From positions 3,104,001 through 3,168,000 of the forward strand of contig OY759729.1 in the NCBI GenBank assembly GCA_963662585.1: a stretch of DNA of 64,000 nt, read 5' to 3'. Both the position numbers and the translations under genes were made by a program. This document shows positions 20,445-28,985 of this stretch, piece by piece (the first letter of the stretch is position 1; every line of letters begins with the position of its first letter). Below the pieces are notes generated by a model. That model searched no databases. It was not told the origin of the DNA and saw only the letters and a list, made by a program, of their open reading frames with translations. The DNA comes from Candidatus Cloacimonadales bacterium (GTDB lineage Bacteria; Cloacimonadota; Cloacimonadia; Cloacimonadales; JAFGVF01).

Positions 20445-20518
20445 TGGAGCGGTAATGGGGATTGAACCCACGACCCCAGCGTTGGGAACGCTGTGCTCTA
20501 CCACTGAGCTACACCCGC
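20445..20518 (-). tRNA. tRNA-Gly(CCC), 74 nt, acceptor stem one base short
   Basis: Cloverleaf GCGGGTG..CAGCG TT CCC AA CGCTG..GTGGG TTCAATC CCCAT TACCGC TCCA. The 3' acceptor strand has 6 nt. Confidence 0.85.
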
Positions 20519-20540
20519 AAATATTATAGTATAGAACTGG

Positions 20541-20563
20541 AAAAAGCCGTCAAAAGACGGCTT
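20541..20563 (-). terminator. Intrinsic terminator of the Gly-Cys-Leu-Gly-Leu-Gly operon
   Basis: AAGCCGTC-TTTT-GACGGCTT followed by a T-run on the minus strand. Confidence 0.8.
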
Positions 20564-20569
20564 AAAGAA

Positions 20570-20644
20570 TGGAGCGGGAAATGGGGTTCGAACCCACGAC
20601 CCCAACGTTGGCAACGTTGTGCTCTACCACTGAGCTACTCCCGC
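20570..20644 (-). tRNA. tRNA-Gly(GCC)
   Basis: 75-nt cloverleaf, CAACG TT GCC AA CGTTG, encoded CCA. Confidence 0.97.
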
Positions 20645-20658
20645 TCGAGAAAAATATA

Positions 20659-20745
20659 TGGTACCAGAGACCGGACTTGAACCGGTACAGGATTACTCCC
20701 GAGGGATTTTAAGTCCCTTGTGTCTACCATTTCCACCACTCCGGC
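20659..20745 (-). tRNA. tRNA-Leu(TAA)
   Basis: 87 nt, AGGGA CT TAA AA TCCCT, long variable arm, CCA. Confidence 0.97.
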
Positions 20746-20812
20746 ATTATAACCACTTTCAGAGAAAGTTTGGCATAATATCAATAGAAAATTATATGAA
20801 TTAAATTAAGAA

Positions 20813-20887
20813 TGGAGCGGGAAATGGGGTTCGAACCCACGACCCCAACGTTGGCAACGTTGTGCTCTACCACTGAGCTACTCCCGC
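20813..20887 (-). tRNA. tRNA-Gly(GCC)
   Basis: Identical to 20570-20644. Confidence 0.97.
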
Positions 20888-20899
20888 TCGAAAAAAATA

Positions 20900-20986
20900 T
20901 GGTACCAGAGACCGGACTTGAACCGGTACAGGATTGCTCCCGAGGGATTTTAAGTCCCTTGTGTCTACCATTTCCACCACTCCGGC
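20900..20986 (-). tRNA. tRNA-Leu(TAA)
   Basis: Differs from 20659-20745 by one variable-loop base (GCAA vs GTAA). Confidence 0.97.
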
Positions 20987-21002
20987 AAATAACATATATA
21001 AA

Positions 21003-21076
21003 TGGAGGCGACACCCAGATTCGAACTGGGGATGGAGATTTTGCAGACCTCTGCCTTACCACTTGGCGATGTCGCC
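21003..21076 (-). tRNA. tRNA-Cys(GCA)
   Basis: 74 nt, GAGGT CT GCA AA ATCTC, CCA end. Confidence 0.96.
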
Positions 21077-21124
21077 CTAATTTAATTCATATTCTAAACA
21101 CACTAATAACTGTTTTAATGATAA

Positions 21125-21199
21125 TGGAGCGGGAAATGGGGTTCGAACCCACGACCCCAACGTTGGCAACGTTGTGCTCTACCACTGAGCTACTCCCGC
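21125..21199 (-). tRNA. tRNA-Gly(GCC)
   Basis: Identical to the other two Gly(GCC) copies. It is the first gene of the operon, with TTGACA at 21245-21240 upstream. Confidence 0.97.
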
Positions 21200-21559
21200 T
21201 CGACCATGTGAGAATATAAATATTAGTGAGGGCATTTCTTGTCAATATCTTTTTTTTATTATTATTTTTGAGATATGATTTACCTTCAAAGCATTTATCT
21301 AAATATCAACAAGTTAACATAATTTATTATTACAATAAAAAAAATAATAAAAATGCTTAGAAAAAGTCTTGTATTTCCTATAGCTTCATATCTCTTAATA
21401 ATAATTCTATAAAAAATTGAGGATAATCAAAGAGCCGTCATTAAAAGATGTAAATAGTTATTGACTAAATCTATCTTTTTATCATTTTATCTTTGTGATA
21501 TCAAGAAAAGTAATTATTATAGAATTATAAAATAATATTAAATAAAAAGAAAGGGGCTT

Positions 21560-22483
21560 ATGAAGAACATCATATTAAAGCAAGCTATGATGAATAAGGT
21601 ATTATATGCTCTAATACCATCCATCATATTATCAGTTTTTTTATTTGGCTGGCGTTCCTTAGTAGTCATAATGTTTACTAATACGATAGCTTTTTTGACA
21701 GAGTATCTATTTGTTCGTAAGAAAGCAAATGGAAAAGTTACTATGGCTGTTTTTGTAACAGGTACACTATTGGCTATGACCTTACCCCCCACGATACCTT
21801 TATGGATTGCTGGAGTTGGAGCTGTTATAGCTGTTGCTTTTGGTAAAATGGTATTTGGTGGTTTTGGCATGAATATCTTTAATCCTGCTATTGTAGGAAG
21901 AACATTTATCTATGTGTCATTCCCTCAGCAAATGACAATTGATTGGATAAAACCATTCACTTCTTTACCTGGAGGATTTGTTAACTATGCAAATAGTATT
22001 GATATGCAAACTTCAGCTACAATTTTAAGCTCATCTAAATTGGGTCAAACAACAGATTACTCTTCGTGGAGTGCTTTTTGGGGTACTATCCCTGGCTCTA
22101 TAGGAGAAACTTCGGCTATACTAATTCTAATTGGAGCAATTTATCTGATTATTACTAAAACAGCTAAGTGGCAAGCAATGGTAGCAACACTAGTCTCACT
22201 CTATCTTTTCAATATAGCATTTTATGGCTTTAGTGATGCCCTTTATTTTCTTTTAAGTGGAGGAGCTCTCTTTGGTATTGCTTACATGGTAACAGATCCA
22301 GTATCACAAGCTAAAACTAAATATGGATTATGGATTTATGGTATTATGATAGGATTCTTGACTGTCTTTATCAGGAAATATTCTCTCTTTAGTGAAGGCT
22401 TTATGTTTGCTATTCTGATAGCTAATACCTTTATGCCTATTATTGAATTCTATTTAGCTCCTAAGAAAAAGGGGGCTAAGTAA
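21560..22483 (+). CDS. nqrB: NqrB/RnfD family membrane subunit (short form)
   Basis: GKMVFGGFGMNIFNPA, FMN site DMQTSAT, PGSIGETS and MVTDPVS motifs. Confidence 0.82.
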   Translation: MKNIILKQAMMNKVLYALIPSIILSVFLFGWRSLVVIMFTNTIAFLTEYLFVRKKANGKVTMAVFVTGTLLAMTLPPTIPLWIAGVGAVIAVAFGKMVFGGFGMNIFNPAIVGRTFIYVSFPQQMTIDWIKPFTSLPGGFVNYANSIDMQTSATILSSSKLGQTTDYSSWSAFWGTIPGSIGETSAILILIGAIYLIITKTAKWQAMVATLVSLYLFNIAFYGFSDALYFLLSGGALFGIAYMVTDPVSQAKTKYGLWIYGIMIGFLTVFIRKYSLFSEGFMFAILIANTFMPIIEFYLAPKKKGAK

Positions 22484-23176
22484 ATGGCACAAGAAAAGAA
22501 ATTATTCAGAGAAACTGCAATATATCCTATTTTCTTTATGGTCTTGATTACTATTTTGTTTGTGGGATTTCTTTCTTTCTTTTATAATATGCAAAAAGCA
22601 AGAATTGATGATAATCAGCAAATACTCTATTATCGTCAAATTTTAGAAATCTTTAATGATAAGATTACTGAGGTAGATTTTTATCAATTGCAAGACGATG
22701 AGGTTTTAGCAAACAGTGATAAATATCTTATTCCCTATAAATTAGAAAGTGAAAAAGGTGAAAGAAATTACTTCAAAGTAATAGATAATGGTACTGTAGT
22801 CGGTTACTGTTTTGATATAATCGGAGCAGGACTTTGGGGAACTATGAAAGCTGTGGTAGGCTTTGAACCTAATTTAGAGACTTTGATAGACTTTAATGTC
22901 TATGAGCAAGTAGAAACTCCTGGTTTAGGTGGAAGAATAGCTGAACCTGCTGAAAAGTTAAATCTTCGTTCTGATCTGAAAGGTAATACTTTCCTTACAG
23001 ATGGTGAAATAACTAATTACAAGTTGATTTCAGAAAGTTCAACTTCAGAAAGTAATAATGAAATCCGTCAGATTACAGGAGCAACTATTACCAGTAATAG
23101 CTTTCTTAAGATGCTAAATCAAGAGATGTCGATGATAATTCCCCACTTTAATGAAGAAATGGCCAAAGGAGAATAG
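22484..23176 (+). CDS. nqrC: NqrC/RnfG family FMN-binding subunit
   Basis: N-terminal TM, GLWG, ETPGLGG and flavinylation motif ITGATIT. Confidence 0.82.
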   Translation: MAQEKKLFRETAIYPIFFMVLITILFVGFLSFFYNMQKARIDDNQQILYYRQILEIFNDKITEVDFYQLQDDEVLANSDKYLIPYKLESEKGERNYFKVIDNGTVVGYCFDIIGAGLWGTMKAVVGFEPNLETLIDFNVYEQVETPGLGGRIAEPAEKLNLRSDLKGNTFLTDGEITNYKLISESSTSESNNEIRQITGATITSNSFLKMLNQEMSMIIPHFNEEMAKGE

Positions 23177-23178
23177 AA

Positions 23179-23775
23179 ATGACTAAGAAACAGATATTTA
23201 TGAATAGTGCTTTTACAGAGAATTCTATCTGGAAACAGGTATTGGGAATTTGCTCTTCTTTAGCCGTTACTAACCTTCTTATAAATAGTTTGGTGATGGG
23301 ATTAGGTGTTATTTTTGCAATAGGTTTAGCGAGTTTTTTCATTTCCTTAATCAGGGATTATACTCCTCGTTCGGTAAGAATGATGGTTCAAATTCTAATT
23401 ATTGCAGCCTTTGTGATTATTGTTGATATATTTTTAAAAGCTTATTATCCAACCATTAGCAAGAGTTTAGGACCTTATGTAGGACTAATTATTACTAACT
23501 GTATTCTCATGGGTAGGGCAGAGGCCTTTGCTTCTAAGAACCCTCCTGTAGACTCCTTTATCGATGGTGTGGGTGCTGGTGTTGGTTACACAATAGTTTT
23601 GTTAATGATAGCCTTTGTAAGAGAACTCTTTGGTCAAGGAACCCTTTTCGGTGCAAGAGTTCTTGGTGATTGGTGGGTGAATTGGTCAATTATGGTTATG
23701 GCACCATCTGCCTTCTTCCTTTTAGCTATGCTAATCTGGATTATTAACACTAAATTCTATAACAAAAAACAATAA
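23179..23775 (+). CDS. nqrD: NqrD subunit
   Basis: QVLGICSSLAVT and GLIITNCILMGRAEAFA are NqrD-type rather than RnfE LGLCP. Confidence 0.85.
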   Translation: MTKKQIFMNSAFTENSIWKQVLGICSSLAVTNLLINSLVMGLGVIFAIGLASFFISLIRDYTPRSVRMMVQILIIAAFVIIVDIFLKAYYPTISKSLGPYVGLIITNCILMGRAEAFASKNPPVDSFIDGVGAGVGYTIVLLMIAFVRELFGQGTLFGARVLGDWWVNWSIMVMAPSAFFLLAMLIWIINTKFYNKKQ

Positions 23776-23785
23776 GGAGTAAATA

Positions 23786-24373
23786 ATGGAAATTAGTCCT
23801 TGGGTCCTTTTTTGGGCATCGATATTTACCAGTAATATATTGCTTACCAACTTCTTAGGAATGTGCTCTTATCTTTCGGTTTCGAGAGAAGTAGAGTCAT
23901 CATTCGGACTTGGTACTGCTGTCTTTTTTGTAACAACAGCCACAACTGCTATTAACTGGGCTGTTTATCATTTAATTATCTTACCTGCAGATATTGTTTA
24001 TTTGCAGTATATTATATTCATTATTGTGATAGCTGCTTTTGTTCAACTTACTGAGATTATAGTTGAGAGATTCTCACCAGTTTTATACTACACTCTCGGT
24101 ATCTTCTTACCTTTAATCACGGTGAATTGTGCCATTCTTGGTATCAGTTTATTTATGATAATCAGGGATTATTCCTTTATCCAGTCAGTAGCTTTTGGAG
24201 CTGGTTCCGGTCTAGGTTGGTTACTTGCGATAATGCTTTTAGCAGGAATTAGAACCCGATTAAGAGAAAAATTTATTCCTACAGGTTTGCAAGGTGCAGG
24301 GATGAGTCTGTTAATTACCGGAATAATGGCTTTGGCTTTTATCGGTTTTTCTGGTATAGTTAATGTTCAGTAG
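23786..24373 (+). CDS. nqrE: NqrE subunit
   Basis: FLGMCSYLSVS, LGIFLPLITVNCAI and MALAFIGFSG motifs. Confidence 0.85.
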   Translation: MEISPWVLFWASIFTSNILLTNFLGMCSYLSVSREVESSFGLGTAVFFVTTATTAINWAVYHLIILPADIVYLQYIIFIIVIAAFVQLTEIIVERFSPVLYYTLGIFLPLITVNCAILGISLFMIIRDYSFIQSVAFGAGSGLGWLLAIMLLAGIRTRLREKFIPTGLQGAGMSLLITGIMALAFIGFSGIVNVQ

Positions 24374-24381
24374 GGAGCTGT

Positions 24382-25488
24382 ATGAATTATCTTAAAATTA
24401 TTAATGAAATATTAATCCTAGCAGGGATAAGTGGAGTCTTATCAACTTTAATTGTCGTGGCAAAAGCTATTTTGCAGAATTATGGTGATTGTGAAATTGA
24501 TATTAACGGAAAGAGGAAAGTAACTGTTAAGGGTGGTTCTTCTTTACTAACATCTTTAGCTGAAGAGAGTATTTTTGTTCCTTCTGCTTGCGGTGGAAGA
24601 GGTTCTTGTGGAGCTTGTAAATGTACGGTTATTGAAGGTGGTGGGCCAATTCTTCCTACAGAGAAACCCTTCTTTACTGCCAAAGAATTAGCTGAGAATA
24701 ATCGTTTAGCTTGTCAGGTTAAAGTAAAGAATAATATCAAAATCGAGATTCCGGAAGAGATTTTTAATATTAGAAAGTTTAAATCTAAAGTAGCAAAGAT
24801 TGAAGATTATACTTATGATATTAAAGGGCTTACTTTTGATTTAATCTCTCCTAGTGAGATTGATTTTAAAGCAGGGCAATATGTTCAATTACGCTCACCA
24901 AAATATGCTAAAGTTAGAGAAAGTGTAACTAGAGCATATTCTATTTCTTCAAAACCTAGTCTCAAGAACCAACTACAACTTATTATTAGAAGAGTTCCTG
25001 AAGGTATTTGTACCAGCTGGGTGCATGATTTCCTTAAAGAAGGACAAGATGTTGAAATTACTGGACCTTATGGTGATTTCTTTATCAGAGATACAAAGGC
25101 AGATATAATCTTTGTTGCTGGTGGTTCTGGTAAGGCTCCGATTAAATCTATGCTAGAAGATCTTGCTGAAAAGGGCTGTGACAGAAAGATGAGTTACTTC
25201 TTTGGAGCTAGAACTACTAAAGATCTTTATTTAACAGAATATATAGAATCCTTTAGTAAGGTTTTCCCTGATTTTACTTATTATCCAGTTCTTTCTCATG
25301 CTGAGCCAGAAGAAAATTGGCAAGGAAAAACTGGTTTTGTTATGCCTTATTTCCCTGAAGCTATCCGCGATCCTAAAAACACTGAAGCTTACCTTTGTGG
25401 TTCACCTGGTATGATAGCTGCTGTTACTAAAGGATTAAAGGATTTAGGTGTTCCAGAAGATAAAATATATTATGACTCTTTTGCTTAG
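24382..25488 (+). CDS. nqrF: NqrF-like NADH-oxidising subunit (TM anchor + 2Fe-2S + FAD/NAD domains)
   Basis: SACGGRGSCGACKC...RLACQ, RAYSIS, GPYG, AGGSGKAP and YLCGSPGM motifs. Confidence 0.85.
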   Translation: MNYLKIINEILILAGISGVLSTLIVVAKAILQNYGDCEIDINGKRKVTVKGGSSLLTSLAEESIFVPSACGGRGSCGACKCTVIEGGGPILPTEKPFFTAKELAENNRLACQVKVKNNIKIEIPEEIFNIRKFKSKVAKIEDYTYDIKGLTFDLISPSEIDFKAGQYVQLRSPKYAKVRESVTRAYSISSKPSLKNQLQLIIRRVPEGICTSWVHDFLKEGQDVEITGPYGDFFIRDTKADIIFVAGGSGKAPIKSMLEDLAEKGCDRKMSYFFGARTTKDLYLTEYIESFSKVFPDFTYYPVLSHAEPEENWQGKTGFVMPYFPEAIRDPKNTEAYLCGSPGMIAAVTKGLKDLGVPEDKIYYDSFA

Positions 25489-25497
25489 GAGAAACAA

Positions 25498-25953
25498 ATG
25501 AAATTAAGTCCTAATGATAAAATTATACAAGATAAAATGAAACCTGGCATATTAACAGCTGATGGTTTCCTTGGCACTGATAAAAGAAACTTTAGAGATA
25601 TTATCGCTGAAGATATGAAAGTAACTAGTACTTTCGAGAGATCTTTAGAAGATATTTCTAGAAGAATGGAATATCTTATGGAGAAGTCTTTTCTCTCCTA
25701 TGATAGTTCAATCGTAGTTGATGGAAAGTATGAAGTGGAATACAACTCATACCGAGGTGTGCTTTTAAGTCCATTTCCAAAAGCTGGAAGATTTGGTAAA
25801 GCAACCATTAAAGTGACTAATATGAAAAACCATTTTAGTGTAATGTGGACACCTTTGCATGTTCACTTTATTCGTGATTATGGCTTCTTTGAAGGTAAAG
25901 GTTCTAAATTTAGAATCGAACCAGAGATATTATATAAAGCTATTTTCGATTAA
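25498..25953 (+). CDS. Hypothetical soluble protein in the nqr-like operon
   Basis: 151 aa, SD AGGAG overlapping the nqrF stop. Motif-like segments PGILTADGFLGTD and HFIRDYGFFEGKGSKFRIEP. Confidence 0.8.
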   Translation: MKLSPNDKIIQDKMKPGILTADGFLGTDKRNFRDIIAEDMKVTSTFERSLEDISRRMEYLMEKSFLSYDSSIVVDGKYEVEYNSYRGVLLSPFPKAGRFGKATIKVTNMKNHFSVMWTPLHVHFIRDYGFFEGKGSKFRIEPEILYKAIFD

Positions 25954-25955
25954 TT

Positions 25956-27296
25956 ATGTTTACTGATAGAATTAGAATTTATCAAGAAGGAGTCCTCAGT
26001 CATGGGGACTTCATTCTTTATTGGATGCAGCAAAGTCAGCGAGCAAGCTATAACCATGCTTTAGAATACGCAATTCAGATGGCTAATAAGAATAAACTTC
26101 CTCTTTTAGTTCTTTTTGTTTTTGATACTAATTTCCCAGAAGCTAACCAGAGACATTTTACTTTTATGATTCAAGGTCTAAAAGAAGTTCAAGCTCAACT
26201 TAAAAAGAGAAACATTAGACTTATCTTTAGGCAGGGTAATATAGTCGAAGAAGTGGTTAAAATTGCCCAAGACTCTGCTATGCTGATTAGTGATTTTGGT
26301 TACTTGAGAATTCAAAGAGAATGGAGAGAAGAAATAGCTGTGAGAATTACTAAAGCATTCTTATGTATAGAAAGTGATGTTATTCTTCCTGTTGAAATCG
26401 CTTCTGATAAACAAGAGTATATGGCTAGGACAATTAGGCCTAAGATTGAAAAGAGACTTGAAGATTATTTAATTCCATTTAAAGATTCTCCTTATGAGAA
26501 TTCTTATCTTGATAAATTCATATCTATAGATCCCCAAGAAGTTCTAAAATTAGTTGATTCTTCCGTAAAGCCAGTAAAGTCATTCCAAGGTGGCTATTCA
26601 TCAGCATTAGCTCAACTTGATAATTTTATCCTTAAAAAACTTCCTAATTATCATCTGCATAATAAAGATCTAGTTAATCCTAACTACTCTGAGCTAAGTC
26701 CCTATCTTCATTTTGGGCAAATCTCAGTTCTCGAAATAGTAGAGAGGATTAAGAAGGCAAGTGTTCATATAGAAGCTAAAAGTGCTTTTTTAGAGCAACT
26801 TATAGTTAGAAGAGAATTAGCTATTAATTTCTGTTATTTTAATCCTAACTATGATAATTATGAGCATATCAATCCCACTTGGGCTTCTGAATCTTTAGAA
26901 TTTCATACTATTGATAAAAGAGAATATATCTATGATTTAGATACGCTTGAGAATGCCCAAACACATGATCCTGCTTGGAATACAGCACAAGGTCAAATGG
27001 TTAATACTGGTTATATGCATAATTACTTAAGGATGTATTGGGGGAAGAAGATAATCGAATGGAGTGCATCTCCTCGTGAAGCCTACTATAATATGCTTTA
27101 TCTTAACAATAAGTATGAATTAGATGGTAGAGATCCAAACGCTTTTACCGGAGTTGCATGGTGCTTTGGAAATCATGATACTGCTTGGAAGGAGAGAGAT
27201 ATCTTTGGTAAAGTTAGATATATGAATTATCAAGGACTCAAACGGAAGTTTGATATTAAGAAATATGAAGCTGAATTAGAATTTAGAATCTTATAA
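25956..27296 (+). CDS. phrB: Class II CPD DNA photolyase
   Basis: LYWMQQSQR, SELSPYLHFGQIS, EQLIVRREL, YMHNYLRMYWGKKIIEW and YELDGRDPN motifs. Confidence 0.92.
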   Translation: MFTDRIRIYQEGVLSHGDFILYWMQQSQRASYNHALEYAIQMANKNKLPLLVLFVFDTNFPEANQRHFTFMIQGLKEVQAQLKKRNIRLIFRQGNIVEEVVKIAQDSAMLISDFGYLRIQREWREEIAVRITKAFLCIESDVILPVEIASDKQEYMARTIRPKIEKRLEDYLIPFKDSPYENSYLDKFISIDPQEVLKLVDSSVKPVKSFQGGYSSALAQLDNFILKKLPNYHLHNKDLVNPNYSELSPYLHFGQISVLEIVERIKKASVHIEAKSAFLEQLIVRRELAINFCYFNPNYDNYEHINPTWASESLEFHTIDKREYIYDLDTLENAQTHDPAWNTAQGQMVNTGYMHNYLRMYWGKKIIEWSASPREAYYNMLYLNNKYELDGRDPNAFTGVAWCFGNHDTAWKERDIFGKVRYMNYQGLKRKFDIKKYEAELEFRIL

Positions 27297-27466
27297 GACT
27301 GTGACCAAGGCTCTCTTTTAGACTAGGCTTAATCATGGGTTGCATCCTAAATAGCGGGGTTTGCTTCAAATTAAAAAAAGCCTAGGTTCTCATTTCTAAG
27401 AAATTTCCCCTAGGCAAGAATTTAGCACAAAGGATAACCCTGTAAAATTATCTCATACTGAAAATG

Positions 27467-27847
27467 CTACTTCAATCTAAAAGTATGAGGCAGAATCTCT
27501 TTAAGGGTAGTTTCAGTAATTTGAATATCATTCCCATAGTAAATAATTATGTCTTCACCAAATTCAGCAAGGACTTGCCTGCAAGCTCCACATGGAGGGA
27601 ATATTTTCTCAGAGTCAACATAAATAGCAATCTCTTTGATATTTCTATCTCCCTCAGCTACCATATTGAAGATAGCATTTCGTTCAGCACATATTGAAAG
27701 CCCATAAGAGGCATTCTCAACATTACATCCTTTATATATGTTCCCTGTATCAGTGATTAGGGCTGCTCCTACTCTAAAGTGAGAGTAAGGTGCGTAAGCT
27801 TGTTGAGCAACCTCTTTAGCTAATTTAAAAAGCTTTTTATTAATCAT
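27467..27847 (-). CDS. cdd: Cytidine deaminase (homotetrameric type)
   Basis: AYAPYSHFRVGAA, NVENASY, CAE and PCGACRQ motifs. Confidence 0.95.
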   Translation of the reverse strand: MINKKLFKLAKEVAQQAYAPYSHFRVGAALITDTGNIYKGCNVENASYGLSICAERNAIFNMVAEGDRNIKEIAIYVDSEKIFPPCGACRQVLAEFGEDIIIYYGNDIQITETTLKEILPHTFRLK

Positions 27848-27865
27848 AAATGTTTCCTTTTGAGT

Positions 27866-28966
27866 TTATGAAAGTAAGGCAATAATAATTCCACCTGCGA
27901 TGACAGAACCAATCTGTCCTGCAACATTAGCACTAACAGCTGGCATAAGTAGGAAGTTGTATGGGTCTTCTTTTAATCCCATTTTATGAACTACCCGAGC
28001 AGACATGGGGAAAGCAGATATTCCACAAGCACCAATCATAGGATTAACTTTATTCTTAGAGAAGATATTCATTATTTTAGCAAAGATAACACCACCTGCT
28101 GTATCAAAAACAAAAGCAACTAGTCCTAAACAAAGAATCATTATAGTCTGCCATTGTAAGAACTTATCTCCAGTCATAGTAGAAGATATAGCAATTCCAA
28201 GCACGATAGTTATTAAGTGGGCTAGAGTTGTTTGGGCAGTTTCTGAAATAGATTGTAAGACACCACATTCTCTAATCAAGTTACCAAACATCAAGAATCC
28301 GATTAAAGATACTGAATCAGGGGCTACTAGACCTGCTGCAAAAGTAACTAAGATAGGGAAGAGGACTTTTACTATTCTAGGTATATCTGTTGCTTGATAT
28401 TCCATTCTGATTAAACGCTCTTTTTTACTTGTAAGAAGTCTAATGACAGGAGGTTGAATTAGGGGCACTAAGGCCATATAAGAGTATGCTGCTACGGAGA
28501 TAGGACCTAACAAATCTTTAGCAAAGCGGTTAGCGACAAAGATAGAAGTAGGACCATCAGCAGCTCCGATAATACCTATAGCAGCAGCATCTTGAATCCC
28601 AAAACCAACAGCAGCTGCTAAGATGATGGTAACAAAAATACCAAACTGAGCAGCACCACCAAAAAGTAACATTTTAGGGTTTTGTAATAGAGGTGTGAAG
28701 TCAATCATTGCCCCGATAGCAATGAATAGAATTAAAGGAAAAAGCTCATTCGCAATACCCATATTGAAGAGTATTGTCAGAGCACCGTGTTCTCCAATTG
28801 CCCCAGAAAAGGGGATATTAGTAAGAATAGTACCAAACCCTAAGGGTAATAGCAAAGTCGGTTCATAATCTTTGGCAATAGCAAGATAGATTAATATCCC
28901 ACCTATGAGATACATAACCCATAAACGCCAATCATCTAAAGCTAAAGCACCACGAAAAAATTCCAT
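27866..28966 (-). CDS. Na+-translocating decarboxylase beta subunit (OadB/MmdB/GcdB family)
   Basis: YEPTLLLPLGFG, GAAQFGIF, IGIIGAADGPT, AAYSYMALVP and SAFPMSAR motifs. Confidence 0.92.
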   Translation of the reverse strand: MEFFRGALALDDWRLWVMYLIGGILIYLAIAKDYEPTLLLPLGFGTILTNIPFSGAIGEHGALTILFNMGIANELFPLILFIAIGAMIDFTPLLQNPKMLLFGGAAQFGIFVTIILAAAVGFGIQDAAAIGIIGAADGPTSIFVANRFAKDLLGPISVAAYSYMALVPLIQPPVIRLLTSKKERLIRMEYQATDIPRIVKVLFPILVTFAAGLVAPDSVSLIGFLMFGNLIRECGVLQSISETAQTTLAHLITIVLGIAISSTMTGDKFLQWQTIMILCLGLVAFVFDTAGGVIFAKIMNIFSKNKVNPMIGACGISAFPMSARVVHKMGLKEDPYNFLLMPAVSANVAGQIGSVIAGGIIIALLS

Positions 28967-28985
28967 TATTTCTCCAATTATATAT

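Noticed and set aside
20570..21199. Repeated 75-87-bp units as a CRISPR array or prophage att sites
   Set aside because: The repeats are complete tRNA genes. No cas or integrase gene and no isolated tRNA 3' fragment was seen.
20462..21219. ORFs 20462-20680, 20781-21062 and 20812-21219
   Set aside because: These are shadow translations of the tRNA genes.
27320..27445. Possible further decayed REP copy (GGGTTGCA, AATTTAGCAC..AACCCTG)
   Set aside because: The matches to the transposase IR are too short and out of order to support.
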